A stretch of 64,000 nucleotides of DNA from an uncultured Chloroflexia bacterium (lineage in GTDB: Bacteria > Chloroflexota > Limnocylindria > Limnocylindrales > CSP1-4): the NCBI GenBank assembly GCA_963828165.1, contig CAWHDR010000001.1, positions 1,056,001-1,120,000 of the forward strand, in the 5' to 3' direction. Below the pieces are notes generated by a model, which worked only from the letters and a program-made list of their open reading frames with translations, made no database searches and was not told where the DNA came from. Below, piece after piece: positions 41,240 through 51,799 of the stretch (positions are counted from its first letter, which is position 1; every line of letters starts with the position of its first letter). Position numbers and translations under genes: made by a program.

Positions 41240-44200
41240 CATGGACCGGCCGTAATCACCCTGACCTCGTCCATTCCATTGCCGACTTGGAATTGGATGG
41301 TCATGGATTCTCCATCCGCGTGGATCGTGATCAATTCATCGTTTGCGTTGCCAGCCGGGAGGAAGAAATCCGCGCCTCGCGCTGGCCAAGCGTGGGGTAG
41401 GCGGTGCCGGACGCGCCGAGGAAGTCCGAGGCGTCCAGGCTCGCGTCTGATGTGACTACGGCGAGGATCCGCTCTCCGAAATCGACGGTACCCCGGTAGT
41501 ACTTGAAGTCGCCGGTCTCGAAGCAGCAGTACTCGCCCGGCCGGTCCGCGTGCAAGATGTACGAGCGGATCGCGTTTGCGGGCGCAAGAGTGCCGCCAGG
41601 GGGCGGCGACCGCGGGTGGATGTCATGTCCGCTCCTAGAGTCGGCGGGACTAGCACGTCGACCGTCAGCGGGGCGACGTTCGGACATCCTGTGCACGTTG
41701 CTCGAATATCAGCGCAACGTCATCGGCGACACTCTCCCCGCTATCAGAGCACGTCTTGTAGGACGCCGCCTGGCCAGCCTTCAACACACACGTCTCGGTG
41801 TCGAACGCGTTCAGCTTGAGAGACGGTGGCGGATCGATGTGCTCGAGGTTGATGGACGCAGACACGTCCACTTCGGCGTCGGCGGTTGCGACGATCCGCA
41901 CCTGGTCGGTGCCTCCACCCACCTGGAGCGCAGCGCCAGGGTCTGGGCATCCAGCCAGGCGACGGCATCCTTGGGGTTGATGTAAGCGTTTCCGGGCTGC
42001 TTCTTTAGATTGACCTCAGTTCCGCGGAAGGCCTGGTCGGGAAGGAGCGTCCCGGACGGCCCTAGGACATCGCTGGCGCGCAGAGTGTCGTCACGCACGA
42101 TGACGCCGAGGATGCTTCTGGGCAAGCTTCACTAGGACATCGCGGACAAGATACTGGCGTCTGCTGGCGTGTATGCCTGATCGCGTGAACGAGGAAGCTT
42201 CGCAGGCCTGCCCTGCAAGATCATCGCGGCGACAACGCTGGGTCGCTGTTAGCGCAGGCGAATAGGTGCCTGGGATTCGATGTCGACTTCAGGTCTCGCA
42301 CAAGATTGTGCTGTCCGGCCTGCTCGCTGAGGAGCGCAGCGTTTCGCGTCGTCCTATCCGGCGTGTGTCGGCCGGTCTGCTCGAGCGAGCACGCTTCATC
42401 GATGCTGTAGATCGCGTTACACGAAATGACGAACAGCGATGGCACTTGATTGCCGGCGCGGTAGACTGCCTGACCTCAACGATGTGTTCCCAGCCGGGAT
42501 CCGGCCAGAGAGGCGCTCAGGGTGACGGGGTCTTGCAGGGCAAGGGGCACCAGTCCCCGCCATCGATCCTGTAGTCGCCGCCGGCCACGCCGGAGAGCGC
42601 GTCAAACACGGCGGCTTCGAGGGCCCAACCTCCGAGGTCGACAGAGCGATGGCAGGCTGATCGCGGTTCAGCGGCGGGGTCATGTCAATGCTTATGTAGT
42701 CGACGCGGTGGCACAGTTGCCGCGGGTCGCAGCTCGCCTGACTCTCGTACTCCCGTTCGCGCCTCTGTCGCGGCGATGTGTCTGCGGGTCTGTCGGCGCG
42801 CCAGAGCTCGGGTCGGCATCCGTAACCTGCCAGTCGATGGTGACGGCGCGCGGTACCAGCCTGCGGGATTTTCCGCGCGGTCTCGAACGGGACCACGACG
42901 GGAGCTGCGTATCGGTAGCGCGGTCGCGGACATACAGCTGATAGATGCGGAGGGCGCTCGACCGGCACTTGATGTGAAGGACGCGTAACGGCGTCGTCAC
43001 TGAGGTCGACGCTTGATGACTGATCAGGCTGCTGCGCTCGGTCGCCGCTCCATCGCTGATCACCTCTCGCAGTCGGTGGGACGCAGGCCAAAGAGGAACG
43101 TATTCGTTCCTCCAGGTGCGGCGACCAGATCGGGTGTTGGCGGGGAAGACGACATACCGCGTCCGGCGTCACTCGCGAGTAATACTATGGCGTTCGACTG
43201 CGTGCGTCGGGCCTGGCATCGATCCGGACGGTGGTATCGGCATCGCGGTCTCGGAGAAAGATGTCGCGCGCGCGTTGGTGTCATTGCTAACAAGAGGCGC
43301 GAACGTTTCGACGACAACGAGGCTCCGTCGTCGTGACACGCCCGTGGCACCGTACGAGGATCGGAGAAGGTGTCGGCCGCTGACGTTGCCGGTTGCGACG
43401 CTCACGCGATCAGTGATACCGCCAGCCACGTCGCGCAGGAAAACGTCGCGTTGCGTTGGTATCTACGTCAACGACATCATCCGCCTCGCTGATGAAGCCA
43501 ACAAAGTTTCCGTTGGCGCTCGCGAAACGCAACCACACGTCCCCGCTAGGGAGCTGCCCGTCGTTGGTCAGACCTACGGCTTCGATCGTGTGCTCGCGAG
43601 GTCCATGCGGAAGACGCCGTAATACGGACTCGCCGCTTGCCCGTCGAAGAGGTCATCGCGACCGGAGTCGAAGATGAGGTACCGCGCATCGTCACTGAGG
43701 ATCGCTGTGCTCGGTTCGACATCGATGAAGCGGGTCGTACCGGCCGTTCGATCTCTGAGGTACAGGTTGTACCGGAACGCCGGGACCGGCTCGTCGACGA
43801 GGTTTGAGGCAACAGACGAGAAGGCAACGAAGCGGCCGTCGGCGGAAATGTCCTGCAGGAACGAAAGACCGTCCGCCGGGCCTCCCGTCTTCGAGACGCT
43901 CACGAGCTCGACGACTCCAGTGGCCACATGCTTGATGAAGACGTCGTCTTGGCCATTCGTATCAGCATCGTCGGCAAGCAGATTGGATGCCGACGAAGTG
44001 AAAGTGATAAGGGACCCGCCATCCGCCAGGCGACCGCCGATGGTGTGCCCGTTGCCGGCCGTGCCATCCTCCGCGCGGCTAGCCATGACCGTAGTGCCAT
44101 CCGCCGCGAGGACTAGCTGACCCGAACCCGTGAGCGGCGAGGCGCTCCACGCGAGGGGAACCGTTACGAGCAGCGTCGCAAGGAGCACGCGTGCCCGTAC

Positions 44201-44266
44201 GAGCCCGTGCCCACGGATGCCCCAATGTCCGGCAATCTCATCGGAGGACGCAGAGTCAGGACGCAT
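41240..44266 (-). pseudogene. Large secreted protein, multiply frameshifted: TolB/PD40 beta-propeller plus two tandem C-terminal beta domains
   Basis: DTNGQDDVFIK, ISADGRFVAFSSVASNLV, LYLRDR; repeated ILGVIVRDDTLRASDVLG / ILAVVTSDASLDASDFLG. Confidence 0.6.
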
Positions 44267-44528
44267 GCATAGCCCTCGCTATCCGCGGACGGAGTGTCTG
44301 ATCAAGGGCAATCCAGGGACGCGGGACTGCAAGCCTAAATGCAGGGTCCCAACCCGTCGTCATCCAAATGCACCAGACCACAACGGCCTCACGTCGAGGG
44401 GCCACGCGCCGGATGCCCCAAGGTTACGGACAACCGGCTCCGGAGCGTCGCGGCGAACTGGACCGTCGCCGAAAATGGAGAGAGCTGCCGAGGCACCATC
44501 CGCTCATGGTGTGCTGTTGCGTCGGCAC

Positions 44529-45368
44529 CTAGTCCGCGTGCCCGGGAACGTCCTCCACGACGACGACGAAGTCGCCATACCGGTCACGGAGCGTTGAAGC
44601 GATGGCGTCCGTGAGGCCCTGGACGCCGACCTCGACCGTGTTCTTGAGGGTGTCTGGGCCGGTCGAGACAACGTCGATCCCCTCGGCCTCGAGGTCATCC
44701 CACTCGTGAGTGATCCGGTCCGTTAGCGCGGTGAGCTCCGCCCAGGAGCGCTTGGTCCAGACGTACCGCACCTCCACTCCGTCGCGCTCGAGGCAGCGCG
44801 CCAGGCGTAGGGTCTCGGTTCTACCCTCGACGATCGACAGGACGTGCCGCTGGCTCCCGGGCGGGTCCTTCCATATCCCGCCGAAGAGGTCCGGACGGCC
44901 AACCGAAGACCAAAAGGCGATGGGTGCGGCGCTATCGATGTAGAGGCCGTAGGTCCGCAACGCGTCCACCTCCGCGGGCCGCAGTGCGATCCCGATGAGC
45001 TCGATGTCCGATCGCGGATCGGCGATCGCCGCGTCGATGGCCGCGTCGGTCTTCCCGAACTCCGGATACGACAAGTCCACGCCGTTGCGGATATTGGTCG
45101 CCGCGATGCGGTCGAGGCGTTGCAGGTGGTCACATTCCTGGTCGGACGGTCGCGGCGGGGCTTCGAGGGCTTCCCCGACGGATGGCATCGGCGTGTCCGT
45201 CGGGTCGGCCTTCGCGGTGGCTCGAACGATCGCGGGGCTGGCCGACGGGTTCGTTTGGTTGCTAGACCCGGCGCGGGAGACATTGGTCGGGTCCCCGCCA
45301 GCCGGCCGGGAACAGGCTATCGCCGCGAACGCGATAGCCACGACCAGGATCAGCAGAACCGCTCGCAC
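44529..45368 (-). CDS. Lipoprotein resembling a stand-alone alpha-lytic protease pro-region
   Basis: AIAC lipobox; FGGIW.D, RSWAELTALTDRI, DTLKNTVEVGV..LRDRYG. Confidence 0.6.
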   Translation of the reverse strand: MRAVLLILVVAIAFAAIACSRPAGGDPTNVSRAGSSNQTNPSASPAIVRATAKADPTDTPMPSVGEALEAPPRPSDQECDHLQRLDRIAATNIRNGVDLSYPEFGKTDAAIDAAIADPRSDIELIGIALRPAEVDALRTYGLYIDSAAPIAFWSSVGRPDLFGGIWKDPPGSQRHVLSIVEGRTETLRLARCLERDGVEVRYVWTKRSWAELTALTDRITHEWDDLEAEGIDVVSTGPDTLKNTVEVGVQGLTDAIASTLRDRYGDFVVVVEDVPGHAD

Positions 45369-45768
45369 AACCACTTCGGACTCCGGGGGGTGGGACGGTA
45401 CGCATCGCATCGTTGTGACTCCGCTCAGGACGAAGCCCAAGCCGCAGGCCCTGCCGGCCGTCGACATCGCTCCCTTGAAGCCAAGCGTCCTGGGCTCCGA
45501 ACGCACGCGACGGCACTAGTTGCAGGAGCGACCGATCGTACGACCGTCACCCCAAGGTCGCATTGTGTCAATTCGCCCGTCGGACACACCGCGGTTTCAA
45601 TGCCACGGTAGACACGATTGACTCATGGTGTGGTGGGCGACGGAGCCGCCAATGGCCCTGCGCGCACCCAGGCGGCCGCGATCGTTTGCGCCCCTCGACC
45701 GTCGCCGAGTTCTTGTGTATGCCTTCGATTTCGCGGGCTCGACGAGACCGCAGAAGGCGAAGCCGCGC

Positions 45769-47245
45769 CTACCGGGAGGGCCAGACGGGCTGCCAGGCGA
45801 ACGCGCCGGGCGGCGCCTCGGTCTCGAGCACGAACGCGCCGTCGGCGATGCGACGTCGGTCGTGGCCGTCGCGGTTCACAACCCACACCCCCTGATCGCT
45901 AGATTGGAGGTCCACGACATAGCCGACCGCCCGGCTGTTCGGTGCCCAGCCTGACGGGAAGAACTCGGGCAGATCTCGGACCAACACATGCCTCTCCCCG
46001 TCGGCGACATCCACGACTGAGAGCGTCGAGCCGCTGAAGAGCCAGGCGGACCGGTCGGGAGCGAGGTCTGTTCGGAAGGCCGAGATCTCGTCGGGCGTGA
46101 CGCCCATGGGTCCGATGTCGCGGTCTGTCCCGGCGTCGACCGGGCGACCGATGAAGCGCTCCGCGGGCGCGTCGGCGATGAGGATCGTTTCGTCGTCGAC
46201 GAAGCCGAACGGGGAGTCATCGAAGTCCGCCGCCCACTCACCGTTGGCGAGGGGCACCGGATGGAGCTGGGCGTCGTCAAGAGAGCCCGCCACGATTCCC
46301 GCGGCGCGGGGCATCGTTCCGTGTCGCGGCCACGATGCGTCCGCCCGAATCGGACCACGTGACAGCACTCAGGTGACAGACGCAGCCGGACGCGATCGGC
46401 CGGGCGGGGCCACCGGTCCGCGAGACGATCCAGATGTTGGTTGCCTCGGGCACGTGCGTATTGAGGCGCTCGGGAACGGCGAGCATCGATCCGTCGGGAG
46501 ACCAACTCGGGCGTCCAGGAAGGAAGGAGTCGTCGTGGGACAGCAGCGGTCCCGCGAGGCCAGCTTCTGACCAGACGTAGAGTTCCCTGACCTCGCCGGG
46601 CTCAGTGCCTACGACGACAAAGGCGAGCGCGCGTCCATCGGGCGACCAGACCAGCGGCCCGCGGAATGGGATCCAGTCGCGGGGACCCTCGGGCGTGGCG
46701 GAGCGCTGCGGGCTCGCGTAGTCCGCGAATCGGGCGAGGGAGCAGATGGCGCCGCTCTCGGGGTCGATGAGGAAGAGCTCCGGAACTTCGCCGCTTCCCC
46801 AGATGGCGATCCAGCCGCTCTCGGCCGTACTCGGAGACGCTGGGGCTGGGCCGGCCGTCCACGTCGTCGTGGTTCGCGCGGCGGCCGCCTGCGCGTCGGT
46901 GCAGGAGAACGTGCTTGACATGACATCGGGCGCGGGCGCCATCGACGGCCCAAATCGGGGCGGGAGGGAAGGCGGGTCCGCCTGTCGCTGGTTCCAGGAG
47001 CCGACGAGCAACCCGCCGGCGAAGACCGCAGCTCCGAGCAGGGCGGCCACAACGGCCACGCGAAGGATCATCCGTGTGTCCCTGAACTTCGGACGACGCC
47101 AGACGACCGTGGGTCGCTGGGTTGGCTGGCTTCCCAACGCGGCCGCACGCCGTACGATCGCCATAGAGTCGACCGGCCGGCGAGGCCCGGCGTAGTCATC
47201 GAGCGCGACCGTGAGTCGCCGCTCGAATCTGCTCAGCTCACTCAT
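45769..47245 (-). CDS. Putative anti-sigma factor: TM plus TolB-like propeller (frameshift near 46370)
   Basis: Overlaps sigma stop; FERRL..AL..YA N-terminus, WSPDG repeats, FAWQP end. Confidence 0.65.
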
Positions 47246-47786
47246 CGCCGAGCTCCTTCTCAAGTCGATGGAGCAGCCGCGCCAGACGGGCGCGGGTGCC
47301 TGAAGGTGTTAGTCCGGTCGCGTACGCAAGCTCCGTCGCATCGAAGCCAGCGACGTAGCGCATCGCCAGCAGCGCACGGTCCTCTGGCCGGAGGCGGGCA
47401 ACGGCGTTTCGGAGATCGATCGCGAGGATCGCGCTCGTCGCACTGTCCTCGGCGGCCACGTCGTGGAGCTGATCGACGGTGATCTCGACCAGCGCGCGGC
47501 GAGAGCGCGACCGAACGATCTGGCGAGCTTCGTTCACGGCAATCGACACGAGCCAGGCCCGCAGACGAGCAGGGTCGCGGACTGACCCCAGTTTCAACCA
47601 GGCCTTCGACCAGGCCGCGTCGACGGCCTCGTCCGCGATCGCCTGGTTCCCGACGACCACGACGCAGACGCGGCGCATGTCTTCGTGATGCGCACCGACG
47701 ATCGACGCAAACGCTCTCTCGTCGCCGGCCACTGCCGACGCCAGCAGGCGCTCAATCTCACCGGTCGGGCTGGCCACCGCTGTCAT
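47238..47786 (-). CDS. ECF RNA polymerase sigma factor
   Basis: GDERAF, RAWLVSIAVNEAR, LRPEDRALLAMRY..G. Confidence 0.88.
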   Translation of the reverse strand: MTAVASPTGEIERLLASAVAGDERAFASIVGAHHEDMRRVCVVVVGNQAIADEAVDAAWSKAWLKLGSVRDPARLRAWLVSIAVNEARQIVRSRSRRALVEITVDQLHDVAAEDSATSAILAIDLRNAVARLRPEDRALLAMRYVAGFDATELAYATGLTPSGTRARLARLLHRLEKELGDE

Positions 47787-48289
47787 ATCTCATGGATGCC
47801 GCCCGGCGGGCAACTGATTCGGTGACGCGAGATGACGTGGACGAAAGGATCCACAGCCTGTCCAGCCTTATCCAGCGGAATCGGGACGTCGTCGGCCGAT
47901 CGTCGGATCACTGGCCCCGCGCCATTGTCCCGCGAGGCGGCCGAGCCGGAGCCCGTCGAGGAGCCGATCCAGAAGCGCGCCATGCGTGGACCCAAGCCCA
48001 TCACGCCGGCGGCCGGCTCGCAGGGCGACGCCGGATAGAACCACCCCCGCCAATCGATCTTCAGGCCCTGGGCGCCAGCCCGGGGCCCTTCTCCGTTCGG
48101 TCGCGTCGTTGGCCACGGTCGGGCTCATCGCGCGACGTGAGCCAACGTGGGCGCCCACGGGCCAGCCTCGTCGGATCCCCGATCAGCGACCGGGATAATT
48201 CGCGAAACTCGGCCGCGTGCACACAGTCGGGAGGCGCGGTCAGCGGGAAGGTGCGTCTCCACATGGGCTACCCCGCCCCGGTCGGTCGA

Positions 48290-48430
48290 CGCACCCTTCG
48301 TCGAGTTGCACGAGCGGCACAGCACGGCGGTGTTGCCGATGTCGAACGGCGCCGCGACCCACTCGCCGCGGCCCTCGATCGGGATCTCGTAGGTTGCTAA
48401 CGCGCGCCCAACACCTGTCGGGCGCGCCAT
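48290..48430 (-). pseudogene. attR-side recombinase tail fused to an HNH endonuclease C-terminal fragment
   Basis: MARPTG-VGRALATYEIPIEGRGEWVAA then PFDIGNTAVLCRSCNSTKG. Confidence 0.55.
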
Positions 48431-48434
48431 TACA
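48414..48434 (+). repeat. attR core
   Basis: Identical to 39776-39796. Confidence 0.9.
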
Positions 48435-48669
48435 GATGTTCTATTTCGACGCTAGTCCCCTCCGCCTGCGTCGATGAGTCGGCCCTCGACGAGGGGGCCT
48501 CTTCGGATCCCACGCATCGACTACGAGCGGTCACGTGCGCGAGCCGAGGGCTTCCCGGCCGACCCTGGTTGCTGTCCAGTCGCGTTCGCGCGACCCTAAG
48601 CGCGCGGACTGGAACGGTCCTAGGAGCCGGGCGCGGATCGCGTGACCGGTATGCCGAAGGAGGTGCCCA

Positions 48670-49605
48670 ATGCCTACGATGAGAGCCGTTCGAGCTCACA
48701 CTCCAGGTGGTGCTGAACAGCTGCGACTGGACCAGGCCCCGAGGCCGGAACCGCGCGTCGGTGAAGCGCTGATTCGCGTTCAAGCGGCAGGGACCACACC
48801 TGCGGAGCTGGGGTGGGACGAAACGTGGGTCGACGGCAATGGTCACGACCGCACACCCACGATCCCGTCACACGAGTTCTCGGGCGTCGTCGAGGGCGTG
48901 GGGCACGGGGTGACGCACGTCACGGTCGGCGAGGAAGTCTATGGGATGGTCCCATTCGACCGCGACGGTGCCGCTGCCGAGTACGTCGCAGTCCGAGCTC
49001 GCGATCTGGCCCCCAAGCCAGCCAGCCTCGACCACGTGCACGCAGCGGCGCTGCCGATGTCCGCCTTGACAGCGTGGCAGGCCTTCACTGAACAGGCGCA
49101 TGTCAAGCCCGGTGACCATGTCCTGGTCCACGGGGGAGCCGGTGGCATCGGCGTGTTCGCCGTACAGATCGCCAAGGTCCTCGGAGCCAGGGTGTCGGCG
49201 ACGGCCTCCGCTGGAGACATCGACTACGTCCGCTCGCTCGGGGCTGACGTCGTCGTCGACTACAAGGCGGCACCATTCGAGCAGGTCGTCCGCGACGTCG
49301 ATGTCGTGCTCGACCACATCGGAGGCAAGATTGCCGAGGCGTCGATCACCGTCCTCAAGGACGGCGGCAGTCTGATCAGCCTGGCCGCTCCACCGGAGGT
49401 CGCCCTTCCAGAAGGGCGCGGTCTCAGCGCGCGATTCTTCATCGTCGAGCCTGATCGAGCCGAGCTCACGGGGCTCGCGCGGCTCGTGGACGACGGCAAG
49501 CTGCGAGTGGAGGTGGCGGAGGTGTTTCCGCTCGAAGCCGCTGCGGAGGCATACGGGTACGGTCACCGTCGGGGCAAGGTCGTCCTGCAGCCTACGCAGG
49601 CGTAG
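48670..49605 (+). CDS. NADP-dependent oxidoreductase (MDR / quinone reductase-like)
   Basis: SHEFSGVV, LTAWQA, HGGAGGIG, GKVVL. Confidence 0.9.
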   Translation: MPTMRAVRAHTPGGAEQLRLDQAPRPEPRVGEALIRVQAAGTTPAELGWDETWVDGNGHDRTPTIPSHEFSGVVEGVGHGVTHVTVGEEVYGMVPFDRDGAAAEYVAVRARDLAPKPASLDHVHAAALPMSALTAWQAFTEQAHVKPGDHVLVHGGAGGIGVFAVQIAKVLGARVSATASAGDIDYVRSLGADVVVDYKAAPFEQVVRDVDVVLDHIGGKIAEASITVLKDGGSLISLAAPPEVALPEGRGLSARFFIVEPDRAELTGLARLVDDGKLRVEVAEVFPLEAAAEAYGYGHRRGKVVLQPTQA

Positions 49606-49848
49606 GTCGGTGGCCCATCTGCCTCCGGCCCGCTCGCTGCCTGGCGTGACGTCGACCCGCACAGCGCTTCGGGCAACGTTCCGCTGGCCTCGGCCGGACG
49701 GACACCCCTTCCCCAGCCAGGGTTTTCGGCGGCCTGAAAGTTGCGGGTAAGCAATCACATTGTCGCCCGTGCTACAAGCTCCAAGCACCCGGGATTGACC
49801 ACTAACTGGCGATAATGGGATCGCCTAACCCTTCGTGCCGTGCGTCGG

Positions 49849-50763
49849 TCACGCCATCGAGTGTGCGGGACTTGGCTCGATGGCCGAGAGGCCGGTGCGG
49901 CGCAGGATGACCGCAATCGCGATCAGGACGACCACGACTCCGGCCCACTGGCTGGGCTGAAGGCGATCGCCCAGGAACAGGAAGCCGCCGGCGACGCCGA
50001 AAACGGGGATCAGGTAGAAGGACACGGCGGCGGTCGAGGCCGGGACGGTGCGCAGCGCAGACAGGTAGAGCCAGTACGCCAGCCCGTAGTAGAGGACGCC
50101 CGAGCCGATGGCGCTGGCCCAGCCAGCGAGGCTGACACTGTCGGGTCGGACGGCGCCGCCAAGCACCCAGGCCGAGGCGACCAGGACGAAGGCGAATCCG
50201 AGCGCGTATGCCTGCTGGGCGACCACAACCTGGGCGGTCGAGTCCGAGGACGAGATCCAGCGTCGAGTGACAACCGTGTAGATGGCGCAGCAGGCGACGC
50301 CCGCCACGGTAAGGGCCACCCCGAGCGGGGTCCCAGTGCTGCCCGGCTGGTAGATGACCAGCAGCATGCCGCCGACGGCGACAAGCGACAGCAGGACCAG
50401 CGACGGGCCGATCCGCTCATGGAGGAACCAGGCCGCCAGGAACAGGATCAGCAACGGCTCCAGCGCCCAGAGCATCACCGACAGGCTGGCCGTGATGTGG
50501 ACGAGGCCGAGCAGGCTGAGCGCGTACGCCAGGCCGGGGTTGAGGACGCCGAGGCGGCCGAGAAGCGGCGCGGCGGACGGATGGCGGAGCGGGAGGCGTC
50601 GCCATCGCATCATGGTGGCCAGGACGAGGAGGCTCGATCCGAGCTGGATCGGGAGGAGGGTCAGCGGCGGGATCTCGGCGATGGCGCGTTTGCTGACGAC
50701 GGTCCCGAGACCCCAGCAGGCGGCGGCCAGAATCAGGGCGAGGACGGTTCTCCGGGAGGACAT
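49849..50763 (-). CDS. EamA/DMT family transporter
   Basis: CWGLGTVVSK, about 10 TM, LIPVFG. Confidence 0.88.
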   Translation of the reverse strand: MSSRRTVLALILAAACWGLGTVVSKRAIAEIPPLTLLPIQLGSSLLVLATMMRWRRLPLRHPSAAPLLGRLGVLNPGLAYALSLLGLVHITASLSVMLWALEPLLILFLAAWFLHERIGPSLVLLSLVAVGGMLLVIYQPGSTGTPLGVALTVAGVACCAIYTVVTRRWISSSDSTAQVVVAQQAYALGFAFVLVASAWVLGGAVRPDSVSLAGWASAIGSGVLYYGLAYWLYLSALRTVPASTAAVSFYLIPVFGVAGGFLFLGDRLQPSQWAGVVVVLIAIAVILRRTGLSAIEPSPAHSMA

Positions 50764-51033
50764 GAGCGGACTCCGTGCGTGGGCGGATGGAAGGCCGGCA
50801 AGGTGGTTGCCGATCTGCCGTCGTCGTCGCAACAGGAGTAGCCGGGCACCCGACGACGCCGTCGAGGTCCTACGACTCTTCTGGGAGCCATTCGCCTGAC
50901 ACTCTCCCCGATTCGGACGACATCAGACACTGCTGAGTTCGAAGTTCGGCTGGCAGGCCCGATACCCGTCGCCTGACTCTGGATCAGAAGATCTAGATGC
51001 GACCATCCCGTCGCTCGAGGCAGGACTACACCA

Positions 51034-51069
51034 TCTACTCATAGTGTCGCTCTACTCATAGTGTCGCTC
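51034..51069. repeat. 17-bp tandem duplication
   Basis: TCTACTCATAGTGTCGC x2 plus TC. Confidence 0.8.
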
Positions 51070-51072
51070 GAC

Positions 51073-51702
51073 CTACCGTGGTGCCAGGATCGCACTGTGG
51101 TGTTCGTGTGCAAGACGGCGCAGCGCTTGGAAGATCGCGCCAAACACGATGGAGCCAATAACCATCCGCTCGACCGCGATGGACGGCGGCTCCGACGTCG
51201 GGATCGCGCTGACCTCCCACGCCGCCATCCGGTCGGCGGCGTCCGCGTAGGGACCAAACACTTCGGCGCCGTAGTCGCCGCCGAGGCGGCGAAGGCTAGC
51301 CAGAGCGTCGGCGAGCTCTTCGCGCGCAGCTGCGTCGGGTCGAACGTGCCAGCCGATTCCCTCGACGAACCGGTCGACTTCGGTCCGGGCCTGTCGCGTC
51401 TCGTCCGTCAACTCGGCCGAGGTGCGGGCTGACTCAAGAGCTCGCTGCGCGACCCCGAAGAGATCATGCCGAGAGAGATCCGGGTCCTCGATCGCCGCGA
51501 TCACACGTCGGATCCGCTCGATCTCGAGCCCGCCGACCTCACGAAGCGTCCGAATGAGGCGTAGGCGGCGTACGTGCGCGTCGCCGTACTCCGCCTGGTT
51601 CGCGGCGGTCGGCCTTCCGGCGGGCAGCAGGCCTTCGCGGAGGTAGTACTTCAACGTCGCCAGCGGCAGCCCGCTGGCTCGGCTGAGGTCAGAGATCCTC
51701 AC
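51073..51702 (-). CDS. MerR family regulator
   Basis: GAGGTG RBS, MRISDLSRASG..TLKYYLREGLL. Confidence 0.88.
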   Translation of the reverse strand: MRISDLSRASGLPLATLKYYLREGLLPAGRPTAANQAEYGDAHVRRLRLIRTLREVGGLEIERIRRVIAAIEDPDLSRHDLFGVAQRALESARTSAELTDETRQARTEVDRFVEGIGWHVRPDAAAREELADALASLRRLGGDYGAEVFGPYADAADRMAAWEVSAIPTSEPPSIAVERMVIGSIVFGAIFQALRRLAHEHHSAILAPR

Positions 51703-51737
51703 AGCCACCTCGTCATTCGTCCGTATCGGGTCTGACT

Positions 51738-51778
51738 GGATAGTAGCACTATCCGCGATATGGATAGCGCCGCTATCC
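51738..51778. promoter_or_regulatory. Twin palindromic operators GGATAG-N5-CTATCC
   Basis: 51738-51754 and 51762-51778, between divergent merR and DUF2269 genes. Confidence 0.75.
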
Positions 51779-51799
51779 GATCGTAAAGGAGTCTCCAAG

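Larger units (their letters stand above)
39776..48434. mobile_element. Degraded integrative element / prophage-satellite remnant at tRNA-Arg
   Basis: 21-bp direct repeats, visibly more AT-rich, fragmented genes, HNH relic. Confidence 0.85.
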
